DNA from: Eubacteriales bacterium
GTDB taxonomy: Bacteria > Bacillota > Clostridia > Oscillospirales > CAG-382
Direction of reading: 5' to 3'
Length of the DNA: 64,000 nucleotides
Assembly (NCBI GenBank): GCA_045600125.1
Contig: JAZRXH010000100.1
Coordinates: 19,974 to 83,973 of the forward strand
Part shown: in pieces, positions 11,170-19,934 of the stretch
Layout of the letters: the number at the start of each line of letters is the position of its first letter
Numbering within the stretch: position 1 is the first letter of the stretch
The notes under the pieces: generated by a model
The model's database searches: none
What the model saw: only the letters and a program-made list of their open reading frames with translations
What the model was told of the DNA's origin: nothing
Translations under genes and position numbers: made by a program

Positions 11170-12609
11170 ATGAAAAAGATACTTTTTGCAGGCTCCGAGG
11201 TCATGCCCTTTGCCGCCTCGGGCGGTCTTGGCGACGTACTCGGCTCTCTCCCGAAGGCGCTGAAGGCAGCGTCCCCCGAGGGCGTGGACGTGCGGGTGGT
11301 CATGCCTCTGTACGATAAGATCCCGGAGGGAACGAGGAACGAGATGAAATTCCTCTGCTCCTATACGGTGCCGCTGGCGTGGAGAAACCTCTACTGCGGC
11401 GTAAAATCCATCGAGCGGGACGGCGTGACTTATTATTTCATCGACAATGAATACTATTTCAAGAGAGGTCCCATCTACGGCCACTACGACGACGGCGAGC
11501 GATACGCCTACTTCTGCAAGGCGGTCATGATGATGATGGAGCAGCTGGATTTCTTCCCGGATATCCTCCACGCCCACGACTGGCAGTCGGCGCTGACGGT
11601 GGTATACGCCAAGCGCAAATACGGTCTTATGCCGGGCTACGCCGGAATGAAGACGGTGTTCACCATCCACAATATCGAGTATCAGGGAAAGTACAGCTTC
11701 GACATCCTCGGAGACGTGTTCGACCTTGCCCCCTCGGATAAGGAGATCATGGCATACGGCGACTGCATCAACCTCATGAAGGGAGCCATCCAGTGCGCCG
11801 ACAAGGTGACCACGGTGAGCGAGCGCTACGCTGAGGAGATCCGGACGCCCGAATTCTCCCACGAGCTTTATCATATCCTTCTTGCCAACGAATATAAGCT
11901 CTGCGGCATCCTCAACGGCATCGACTGCGAAATGTACGACCCGAAAAAGGACGACGTCATTCCCTTCCGCTTCTCTGCGTCGAGCCTCGGAAAGAAGACC
12001 GAGAACAAGCTCGCTCTGCAGCGGGAGCTGGGACTTCCCGCAAGGGAGGACGTACCGGTGTGCTCGGTCATTTCAAGACTCGTTTCGCATAAGGGCATAG
12101 ACCTTGTCAAGTGCATCATGGGCGAATTTTTGTCGCAGGAGGACGTACAGCTTGTCGTTCTCGGCAGCGGCGAGGCGGAATACGAGGACTTTTTCAGAGG
12201 ACTCGAAGCGCAGTATCCCGGAAAGGTCCGTGCCGTCATCAAGTACGACCGGGACCTCGCCAAGAGGATCTACGCCGCCTCGGATATCTTCATCATGCCC
12301 TCGAAGAGCGAGCCCTGCGGACTTTCGCAGATGATCGCCTCCCGCTACGGCGCCGTACCGGTGGTACGGGAGACCGGCGGTCTTTTCGATTCCATAAAGC
12401 CCTACTGGGAAGAGGGAGCAAGGATCAACGGCAACGGCTTTACCTTCGCCAACTACAACGCCCATGAGCTTCTCGACCGGCTCCGTGCCGCAAACAGCCT
12501 CTTCCGCGACGAAAAGAAGTGGAAAAAACTCGTCACGAAGGTCATGAAGACCGACTTCTCCTGGGATGCCTCGGCAAGAAAATATATCGCCCTGTACGAG
12601 GGCATGTGA
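11170..12609 (+). CDS. glgA: Glycogen synthase (GT5)
   Basis: MKKILFAGSEVMPFAASGGLGDV N-terminus. Start set at the internal ATG behind a purine-rich RBS. Confidence 0.92.
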   Translation: MKKILFAGSEVMPFAASGGLGDVLGSLPKALKAASPEGVDVRVVMPLYDKIPEGTRNEMKFLCSYTVPLAWRNLYCGVKSIERDGVTYYFIDNEYYFKRGPIYGHYDDGERYAYFCKAVMMMMEQLDFFPDILHAHDWQSALTVVYAKRKYGLMPGYAGMKTVFTIHNIEYQGKYSFDILGDVFDLAPSDKEIMAYGDCINLMKGAIQCADKVTTVSERYAEEIRTPEFSHELYHILLANEYKLCGILNGIDCEMYDPKKDDVIPFRFSASSLGKKTENKLALQRELGLPAREDVPVCSVISRLVSHKGIDLVKCIMGEFLSQEDVQLVVLGSGEAEYEDFFRGLEAQYPGKVRAVIKYDRDLAKRIYAASDIFIMPSKSEPCGLSQMIASRYGAVPVVRETGGLFDSIKPYWEEGARINGNGFTFANYNAHELLDRLRAANSLFRDEKKWKKLVTKVMKTDFSWDASARKYIALYEGM

Positions 12610-12713
12610 CGGGAAAACGGCACACAACATACGGCAAAAAACCACAGCATAATATTTCAGCGCAAAAGGCGTGACCGCCCAAAGGGGACGGTCAAGGAAA
12701 GGAACCCGGAAAA

Positions 12714-15137
12714 ATGAATCACAATCCCGATACGAACGAAGTAAAAGAAATACTCGAAAGCAAACTGTCCCGCTATTTCGGCTGCTCCCCCGAGGAGGCG
12801 TCCTGCGAGCAGGCGTATAAGGCGGTGGCGCTGTCGGTAAAGGATATCCTCACCGACAAAAGAAAAGAATACAAGAACAAGGTCAACGAGAAGGGCGCAA
12901 AGCGCATTTACTACATGTGCATGGAATTCCTCCTCGGAAGATCCCTCAAGAACAACCTGTGCAACCTCGGGCTCGAGGACAGCTACCGTGCGGCGCTCGC
13001 CGACATGGGCTTTGATCTGGAGGATCTCTTCGAGCAGGAGCCGGACCCCGGACTCGGAAACGGAGGACTCGGAAGACTGGCGGCGTGCTTTATGGACTCG
13101 CTGTCTTCTCTCGATTACCCGGCGACCGGCTTTTCCATCTGCTACGAATACGGTCTCTTCAGGCAGAAGATCGTGGACGGTATGCAGGCGGAATTCCCGG
13201 ACATATGGCTTCCCGGCGGCGAGGTATGGCTCGTCCCGAGGACAGACCGTGTATTTAAGGTGCGCTTCGGCGGTCACATCAAAGAGAACTGGGACAACGG
13301 CAGACTGGAGATCCTCTACGAGGACGCCGACGAGATCGAAGCCGTGCCCTACGATATGATGATTTCCGGCGCCGATTCCTCGGCGGTCAGCCAGCTCCGA
13401 CTCTGGCGGGCGAGAGACATCAACAATTTCGACCTGAATCTGTTCGCAAAAGGGCAGTATACCAGCGCCATGCGGGACAGCACCAATGCGGATATCATCT
13501 CCAAGGTGCTGTATCCCTCGGACAACCACAACGAAGGAAAGCTGCTCCGTCTGAGCCAGCAGTATTTCCTTGTGTCCGCCTCGGTGCAGAGCATCATCCG
13601 TGACCATATGGCGGTTTACAAAACCCTTGAAAACCTTCCCGACAAGGTCGCCATCCATATCAACGACACCCATCCCGCCCTCTGCATCCCCGAGTTGATG
13701 CGGATCCTCATCGACGATTATTACTACGATTGGGACACGGCGTGGAGCATGGTGACTAGAGTGGTTTCCTATACCAACCACACGGTGCTTCCCGAGGCAC
13801 TGGAAACGTGGAATGAGGACCTCTTTAAGCTCAAGCTCCCGAGAATTTACACCATCGTAAAGGAGATCAACGAGCGCTTCTGCAAGGCGGCATGGGACGC
13901 CTTCCCCGGAAACTGGAACCGCATCTCGAACATGGCGATCATCGGCTACAATCAGGTGCGGATGGCGAACCTTTCGGTCATCGGCTCCCACACCGTCAAC
14001 GGCGTGTCGAAGCTTCATTCCGACATCCTGAAGGACACCATCTTCAAGGACTTCTACCGGATGTACCCCGAGCGCTTCACGAACGTCACCAACGGCATCG
14101 CCCATCGCCGCTGGCTCTGCTGCTCCAACCCCGGACTTTCCACGCTGCTGGATGAAACAATCGGCACCGATTACCGGAAGCACCCGGAGATCCTTTCCGA
14201 TTTCAGAAAGTTCGAGAACGATAAGGACGTTCTTGCCCGTCTCGGCGATATCAAGAAGGAGAACAAGAAGACCTTCTCGGACTATATTTACAAAAAGCAG
14301 GGCATCACCCTCGATCCGGATTCCCTCTTTGATGTTCAGATCAAGAGACTGCACGAATACAAGCGTCAGCTTCTCAACGTGCTGAATATCATCTCGATCT
14401 ATAACGACCTTCGGGACAACCCGAACCTCGAAATGCAGCCACAGACCTTCATCTTCGGTGCCAAGGCGGCGCCCAGCTACTACCACGCAAAGCGCATCAT
14501 CATGCTCATCTGTATGCTCGCCAAAGAGATCGAGCGTCAGCCGAAGATAAGAGAAAAACTGAATGTGGTGTTCCTTGAAAACTACAACGTGAGCCTTGCG
14601 CAGGCGCTCATCCCCTCGGCGGAGATCTCGGAGCAGATCTCGCTTGCCGGAAAAGAGGCGAGCGGCACCGGCTGTATGAAGCTGATGATGAACGGCGCTC
14701 TGACCATCGGCACCTACGACGGCGCCAACGTGGAAATGGTCGCCGAGACCGGCAACGACAATATGTTCATCTTCGGTCTCAACTGTGCCGAGGTGGATCA
14801 GATGTGGCTCTCCGGTTATCAGTCCACTATGTTCTACGCCGGAAACGACAGACTCCGCCGTGCCGTCGACGCTCTCGGCGTTGGCTTTGCGGGAGAGAGC
14901 TTCAAGGATATCTCGACCTACCTCCTGCAGGGACACGGCGTAGCCGACCCCTATATGTGCCTTGCGGACTATGAATCCTACCGCCTTGCCCGCGAAAAGG
15001 CGCTCAGTGCCTATGCAAAGCCGGAGGAATGGAACCGGATGTCCCTTGTGAATATCGCCGCCAGCGGCAAGTTCGCTTCGGACAGAAGCATCGAGGAATA
15101 TGCCCGGGGCATCTGGCATCTTACCAAGGTAAAATAA
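12714..15137 (+). CDS. glgP: Glycogen/maltodextrin phosphorylase (GT35)
   Basis: 807 aa. PLP-lysine region EASGTGCMKLMMNGA. Confidence 0.92.
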   Translation: MNHNPDTNEVKEILESKLSRYFGCSPEEASCEQAYKAVALSVKDILTDKRKEYKNKVNEKGAKRIYYMCMEFLLGRSLKNNLCNLGLEDSYRAALADMGFDLEDLFEQEPDPGLGNGGLGRLAACFMDSLSSLDYPATGFSICYEYGLFRQKIVDGMQAEFPDIWLPGGEVWLVPRTDRVFKVRFGGHIKENWDNGRLEILYEDADEIEAVPYDMMISGADSSAVSQLRLWRARDINNFDLNLFAKGQYTSAMRDSTNADIISKVLYPSDNHNEGKLLRLSQQYFLVSASVQSIIRDHMAVYKTLENLPDKVAIHINDTHPALCIPELMRILIDDYYYDWDTAWSMVTRVVSYTNHTVLPEALETWNEDLFKLKLPRIYTIVKEINERFCKAAWDAFPGNWNRISNMAIIGYNQVRMANLSVIGSHTVNGVSKLHSDILKDTIFKDFYRMYPERFTNVTNGIAHRRWLCCSNPGLSTLLDETIGTDYRKHPEILSDFRKFENDKDVLARLGDIKKENKKTFSDYIYKKQGITLDPDSLFDVQIKRLHEYKRQLLNVLNIISIYNDLRDNPNLEMQPQTFIFGAKAAPSYYHAKRIIMLICMLAKEIERQPKIREKLNVVFLENYNVSLAQALIPSAEISEQISLAGKEASGTGCMKLMMNGALTIGTYDGANVEMVAETGNDNMFIFGLNCAEVDQMWLSGYQSTMFYAGNDRLRRAVDALGVGFAGESFKDISTYLLQGHGVADPYMCLADYESYRLAREKALSAYAKPEEWNRMSLVNIAASGKFASDRSIEEYARGIWHLTKVK

Positions 15138-15150
15138 GGCAGAACGGTTT

Positions 15151-17214
15151 ATGCTGAACACGACCTTTGAAGCATTCATAAACGGTGAAGAATCTCTCGG
15201 CGGTGTTTTCCGTGCGCCGACAACGGAATACAGTACGGAAGACAGCGCCGAAAACGGCAGGAAAGGGCAGACAAGAAGCCTTGTCCTTACAAGAGCTGTC
15301 GGCGGCAAGGACGTCTCACGGCGGGGCGCCTTTCCCGAAAGCTTCGGGAGCCTGCGCCTTACTCTTCGGGCGGCAAGACGGCTCGGCATCCTGCGTGTCC
15401 TTCTTCTTCTCCGGCAAGACGGAGGAGAGGACCGGGAGATCCCCTTCCGGTACGAGCCGGACGGCACAGCATCCGAGCTTTACTCGCTGACCCTTTCGGA
15501 AAAGGATTTTTACGGGGCGGGATTGTACTACTGGTCGCTCGTCTTCGATTTCGGCGCCGTCACCCTCTGTTCGCAAAGCGTGAACAACGTGGATTTTACC
15601 GTCGGCACCTCGCCCGAGCCCTTCCGCTTCCTCCTTTATCGGGACGACTTTTCCACGCCCGAATGGTTCTGCGGGAATATCATGTACCATATTTTCGTGG
15701 ATCGGTTTTGCAGAGGAAGCCGTGCCGTGCCGCTTCGTGAGGAAGCCGTCCTCCATGCGGACTGGCATATGGAAATGCCGGAATACGGCGCTTATCCCGG
15801 GGCATTTGTCAAAAACAACGATTTCTTCGGCGGCACGCTGTACGGCGTTGCGGAAAAACTGGACTATCTTGAAAGTCTGGGTGTGGGATGTATCTATCTC
15901 AGCCCCGTCTTTTCGGCATACTCCAACCATAAATACGACACCGCCGACTACGAAACGGTGGACGAAATGTTCGGCGGCGATGCGGCGCTTTCCGAACTGA
16001 TCACGGCGGCAGACAAAAAGGGCATCCGCATTATCCTCGACGGCGTTTTCAATCACACCGGGGACAACAGCCGCTATTTCGACCGATACGGAAAGTACGG
16101 CGGCGGAGCCTACGGCAGCAAAAGCTCGGAATATACCGACTGGTTCTGCTTTGAAAACGAAGAAAGAACAGCCTATAAGTCATGGTGGGGCATAAAGATA
16201 CTGCCAAAGCTCGACCTGAACCGCAAGAGTTGCGCCGACTACTTTACAGGTGAAAACGGCATCGTGCGAAGATACCTCCAAAAGGGTATTTCCGGCTGGC
16301 GGCTGGACGTTGCCGACGAGCTTCCCTCTGCCTTCCTCGATTCTCTGCGGAGCGCCGCCAAACAGGAGAAAAAGGACGCTCTCATCATCGGCGAGGTGTG
16401 GGAAAACGCCGCCGATAAGGTGGCTTACGGCGAAAGAAGAAAGTATTTCCTCGGCGGTCAGCTGGACAGCGTGATGAACTACCCCGTCAAGAATGCGATC
16501 ATTTCTTTTGTACGGGACGGCGATGCCGAGGCTCTGTACGATACCCTCACCGACCTCTGGTCGAGCTACCCGCCCTTCGTGTGCGACGTGCTGATGAATA
16601 TTCTCGGGACCCACGACACCGAGCGGATCCTCACCGTCCTCGCAGGCGACACAGACAGCGGACTTTCCAATAAGGAGCTTTCGGAAAAGCGCATGACAGG
16701 GGAGCAGAGAGAGCTCGGCATAAAGCGATTGAAGCTCGCCTCTGTCCTGCAATATACCGTTTTCGGAAGTCCCTCGGTATTCTACGGCGACGAAGCGGGA
16801 CTCGAGGGCTACCACGACCCTTTTTGCCGGATGCCGTATCCGTGGGGGAAAGAGGACAAGGAGCTTCTTTCCCACTACCGACTTCTCGGAAAGATCCGAC
16901 GGGAAGAGAAGACTTTTGCACACGGCTCCTATTCTCCGCTTGCCAAGGGAAACGGCTTTTTTGCCTTTTTGCGGCAGGATGAAAACGGGGAGATCGTCGT
17001 CGCCGTGAACGGCGGCGCAGAGCGGCAGACCTTCGCCCTTTCCGGTTCTTTCCGGGAGCTTCTCTCGGGAAAAAACGTAAGAGGGGAGGACGGTATATCC
17101 GCAGAGCCTCTTTCAGCGCTCATTCTGAAAAGAATCGGAAGGAAATCCGAAAAGAGCGGACAGCCGGACGGAAAAGCCGAGGAACAGCAAAGCATACAGG
17201 ACATAACAACATAA
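15151..17214 (+). CDS. GH13 alpha-amylase-family enzyme (neopullulanase/cyclomaltodextrinase-like)
   Basis: GH13 regions DGVFNHTG, GWRLDVADE, IIGEVWE, LGTHDTER. N-terminal E-set-like domain. Last gene of the glg operon. Confidence 0.85.
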   Translation: MLNTTFEAFINGEESLGGVFRAPTTEYSTEDSAENGRKGQTRSLVLTRAVGGKDVSRRGAFPESFGSLRLTLRAARRLGILRVLLLLRQDGGEDREIPFRYEPDGTASELYSLTLSEKDFYGAGLYYWSLVFDFGAVTLCSQSVNNVDFTVGTSPEPFRFLLYRDDFSTPEWFCGNIMYHIFVDRFCRGSRAVPLREEAVLHADWHMEMPEYGAYPGAFVKNNDFFGGTLYGVAEKLDYLESLGVGCIYLSPVFSAYSNHKYDTADYETVDEMFGGDAALSELITAADKKGIRIILDGVFNHTGDNSRYFDRYGKYGGGAYGSKSSEYTDWFCFENEERTAYKSWWGIKILPKLDLNRKSCADYFTGENGIVRRYLQKGISGWRLDVADELPSAFLDSLRSAAKQEKKDALIIGEVWENAADKVAYGERRKYFLGGQLDSVMNYPVKNAIISFVRDGDAEALYDTLTDLWSSYPPFVCDVLMNILGTHDTERILTVLAGDTDSGLSNKELSEKRMTGEQRELGIKRLKLASVLQYTVFGSPSVFYGDEAGLEGYHDPFCRMPYPWGKEDKELLSHYRLLGKIRREEKTFAHGSYSPLAKGNGFFAFLRQDENGEIVVAVNGGAERQTFALSGSFRELLSGKNVRGEDGISAEPLSALILKRIGRKSEKSGQPDGKAEEQQSIQDITT

Positions 17215-17236
17215 ACGAAAGGAAAAAGGAAAAAAC

Positions 17237-17386
17237 ATGAAGGAAACGAAGAACAATAACGGTGTCGAAAAGAAAAAGGCAAAAAGCAGGCAGGAGAAAA
17301 GAGTCATGGCGGCACGTGTCGTCTGCCTCATCCTTGCGGCGCTGATGATCATTTCGGTGCTCAGCGTGACCCTTCTGCGCTTTTGA
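17237..17386 (+). CDS. Small (49 aa) basic/hydrophobic membrane peptide, hypothetical
   Basis: Below the ORF-track cutoff. ATG 17237 sits behind AAAGGAAAAAGGA. Sequence MKETKNNNGVEKKKAKSRQEKRVMAARVVCLILAALMIISVLSVTLLRF is a lysine-rich head plus one TM helix, followed by a terminator. Confidence 0.3.
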   Translation: MKETKNNNGVEKKKAKSRQEKRVMAARVVCLILAALMIISVLSVTLLRF

Positions 17387-17436
17387 GAAGGGATATCCAG
17401 AGAAAAGATACCGAAGGAACAAAGAATGCGAAAAAC

Positions 17437-17486
17437 TCCGGACATACCGAATGTGGATGTCCGGAGCTTTGCTTTTCTGTTTTTTT
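17437..17486. terminator. Bidirectional rho-independent terminator (glg operon / glycyl-radical enzyme gene)
   Basis: 9-bp stem TCCGGACAT/ATGTCCGGA. T-runs on both strands: GCTTTGCTTTTCTGTTTTTTT on +, GTTTTTCG on -. Confidence 0.65.
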
Positions 17487-17504
17487 GACGCCGTTCGCTT
17501 CCCG

Positions 17505-19751
17505 TTACAGACCTTCGTAGTGCTCCGCCTGGGCGATGAAGGCGTCCTGAAGCACCTTTTCGAGGTCGACGAAATACACGTTCCAGCCGCAGACACGGAT
17601 CTGGAGCGTCCGGTACTTGTCCGGCTCTTTCTGCGCCTTTTTCAGCGTTTCCGCGTCGAAGATGTTGAACTGGATCGAGTGACCGCCTTTGGCAAAATAC
17701 CCTCGGATGAGCCCCGCAAAGGCTTCAAGACCTTCCTTGCCGCTTACCGCCGAGGGGTGGAGCAGCACGTCCGCTATGCCCGCATGGGGAAAGTCCGAAA
17801 AGTCGATTTTTGACACCGAATCGAGAAAGCCCGTCACGCCGTTCCGGTCCATACCGACCACGGCACTCAGATTTTTGGAGAAGGGCTCCCCGGCGAGCCT
17901 TCCGTCGGGGCTTGCACCTGCGATGGCGCCGAAGCGCACGTTCTTGTCGATGGACAGCGTGCCAAGCTTCCAGAAAGAGCCGCGGCTGTTGGGCACACCG
18001 TTGACCGTCCTTGCAAAGAACTTCGTCACACGGACGGTGAGACCGTCGGCAAGGCTCGAGCCGCTTCCGTATTTGTCCTTGTCCGCAAGAATTTTCTTCC
18101 GGAGAAGCCCGGCGCCCTCCCAGTTGCCGGAAAGAACCGAATTCAGCTCGGAGAGGGTGATCTCTTTTTTATCAAAAACATACTTTTTGACAGCGCACAG
18201 AGAGTCCACAAGGCTTGCAACGCCCGCCACCGTGAACACCGTGGTGTTGTACTTCATGCCCCTTGCGTAGCCGTCCACGCCCTTTGACAGCGAGTCGGTG
18301 TGCGTTGCCGAGAACATATTGGAGGGGGAGAGAACGTCGAGATACAGCTCCCAGTTCTCGATGATGCGCCGGCATCTTTCAAAGATATAGGTGAACTGCC
18401 GCTCGAAGGCGGCGTAAAATTCCTCAAAGGTGCCGAATGAATCCGGCGCTCCCGTATGCATTCCCACCTGCTTTCCCGTCACGGTACACTTCCCGCCGTT
18501 CATGGTGTATTCGAGAATTTTCGGCAGGGAGACCCGGATGGGGATCGTCTTGACCTCGTGGTTTTTCACCGTATAGTCCCAGCATCCCGCCATAAGGCAG
18601 GTGCGCGCTTCCTCGCCTGTCGCTCCCAGCTTCAGAAGGGACTTTTCGGCGACCTCGTCGTTGATGACGGAAATGCTCGAGTTGCCGTTTCGTATGGTCT
18701 CGGCGACCCGCAGAAGAAACGCCTCCGGGGTGTTGCCGCTGATCTTTGCCTGCAGCTTCGGATTCGGCGCCGAAAGAATGTTGTATGCGTCAAGGACAAC
18801 ATAGGACAGCTCGTTTACGACGCATTTTCCCGTCCTGTCCCGCCCGCCGACATACATGGGCTGCTGATATGCCACCCGGAAGGCGTTGAAGGCGTTCATG
18901 AAATACACGAGCAGCCCGGTGATCTCGTCCTTCGTGAACACGCCGTTTTGCAGGTCGTGCTCGTAGAAGCGGCGATACAGCTCGTCGATGCCGCCGATGG
19001 TCCTTGCCCGCACAAGGTCGATGTTTTCCTCAAGGAACCAGAACTGCCACGACAGCATCAGCGCCTCGTACATGTTTTCCGGCGGACGGTTTTCCAGAGC
19101 AAGAAGCGCCTTCCGCATCATCCCGGCTTCCTCGGTGCCGTATCCGGACAGCTTTTCGGCATACCTTGAAAACAGCTTGAGGATCGCTCTGTAGGTGATC
19201 TCCATGCCGTCAAAATAGGCTTCCCGCTCTCTTGTCAGCTCGCCCTTCTCCGCAAAGGACGCCCGATATTTTTCCACCCGCCCGAGGATACCGCCGAGAC
19301 CGAGGGAGAAGACGTCCTCCCAGCAGGGGACGGAATGGTTGTAGTCGATGTAGAATTCGTTCAGAAGATAATTCCGGGCTCCCTCGCAGAAGTCCTTGTC
19401 CTCGGGCTTATAGAGAACGTCCGAAAGCTCCTTTTCCCACTTCTGCGGGAGAAATTGCAGCATTTTTCCGTAGTGACAGCCGATGTCGAAAATGGGGTCC
19501 ATTTTCTGCGCTTCAAGACAGATGCCGAACAGATCGTCGGGATTTACGTAAATCGGCGCCTCTTCGCAGAGATGCGCAAAGCAAAGCGCCTTGATGACCG
19601 GATGAGGCTTCCCGGCAAGGCTGTCGGCGTATGCCTCCGTTTCTTTTCGCAGAACGGCAAAGCGGGCGAAGGCCTCTTCGTTGTGCCACGCCTTTACATA
19701 CTGCTCGTCCAGCGATTTTCGGGAGAACCCGAAGCTTTTTATATAATCCAT
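17505..19751 (-). CDS. Glycyl radical enzyme, PFL2-like clade, unknown substrate
   Basis: C-terminal glycyl motif TLQIRVCGWNVYF, SPDGR loop, Cys loop MAGCWDYT. Start set at MDYIKSF (ATG 19749-19751) behind GAGGAACGG. Confidence 0.85.
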   Translation of the reverse strand: MDYIKSFGFSRKSLDEQYVKAWHNEEAFARFAVLRKETEAYADSLAGKPHPVIKALCFAHLCEEAPIYVNPDDLFGICLEAQKMDPIFDIGCHYGKMLQFLPQKWEKELSDVLYKPEDKDFCEGARNYLLNEFYIDYNHSVPCWEDVFSLGLGGILGRVEKYRASFAEKGELTREREAYFDGMEITYRAILKLFSRYAEKLSGYGTEEAGMMRKALLALENRPPENMYEALMLSWQFWFLEENIDLVRARTIGGIDELYRRFYEHDLQNGVFTKDEITGLLVYFMNAFNAFRVAYQQPMYVGGRDRTGKCVVNELSYVVLDAYNILSAPNPKLQAKISGNTPEAFLLRVAETIRNGNSSISVINDEVAEKSLLKLGATGEEARTCLMAGCWDYTVKNHEVKTIPIRVSLPKILEYTMNGGKCTVTGKQVGMHTGAPDSFGTFEEFYAAFERQFTYIFERCRRIIENWELYLDVLSPSNMFSATHTDSLSKGVDGYARGMKYNTTVFTVAGVASLVDSLCAVKKYVFDKKEITLSELNSVLSGNWEGAGLLRKKILADKDKYGSGSSLADGLTVRVTKFFARTVNGVPNSRGSFWKLGTLSIDKNVRFGAIAGASPDGRLAGEPFSKNLSAVVGMDRNGVTGFLDSVSKIDFSDFPHAGIADVLLHPSAVSGKEGLEAFAGLIRGYFAKGGHSIQFNIFDAETLKKAQKEPDKYRTLQIRVCGWNVYFVDLEKVLQDAFIAQAEHYEGL

Positions 19752-19789
19752 ATTCCGTTCCTCACAAAGCAAGATGTTCCCATGCGCCC

Positions 19790-19843
19790 ATTATAACCCT
19801 TTACGAGGTCTTTCGTCCATGGAACATTTCAACATCCATGGAA
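19790..19843 (-). promoter_or_regulatory. Activator-type promoter of the glycyl-radical enzyme gene with two TTCCATGGA direct repeats
   Basis: Minus strand has TATAAT (19790-19795), a poor -35, and TTCCATGGA at 19816-19824 (about -33 to -41) and 19835-19843 (about -52 to -60). Confidence 0.45.
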
Positions 19844-19871
19844 TTTTCGCTAAAGAATTTCTTTGTCTGTA

Positions 19872-19900
19872 TTGACAACACAGCACGGGAATGATATACT
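19872..19900 (+). promoter_or_regulatory. Promoter of AraC regulator 1
   Basis: TTGACA - 17 nt - TGaTATACT. Confidence 0.5.
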
Positions 19901-19934
19901 TTCAGCAAATCAAAGGGAAAAGAGAATGTAAAAA

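Noticed and set aside
12657-15467. 936-aa ORF on the minus strand. The same applies to the other long track ORFs: 1178-2896 +, 7101-8678 -, 20963-22510 -, 23412-24518 +, 25267-27261 +, 28840-30357 -, 32164-33930 -, 42359-43654 -, 43970-46432 -, 46273-47925 -, 48319-49341 -, 51446-54301 -, 55597-57042 -, 56871-58079 -, 60744-62348 -.
   Set aside because: Each lies antisense to a gene with unmistakable family motifs (glgP, GH28, glgB, GH2, Clp ATPase, prfA, M18 peptidase and others). Their translations are Arg/Gly/His/Asp-rich low-information sequences without motifs or RBSs. They are expected artefacts of G/C-rich third codon positions.
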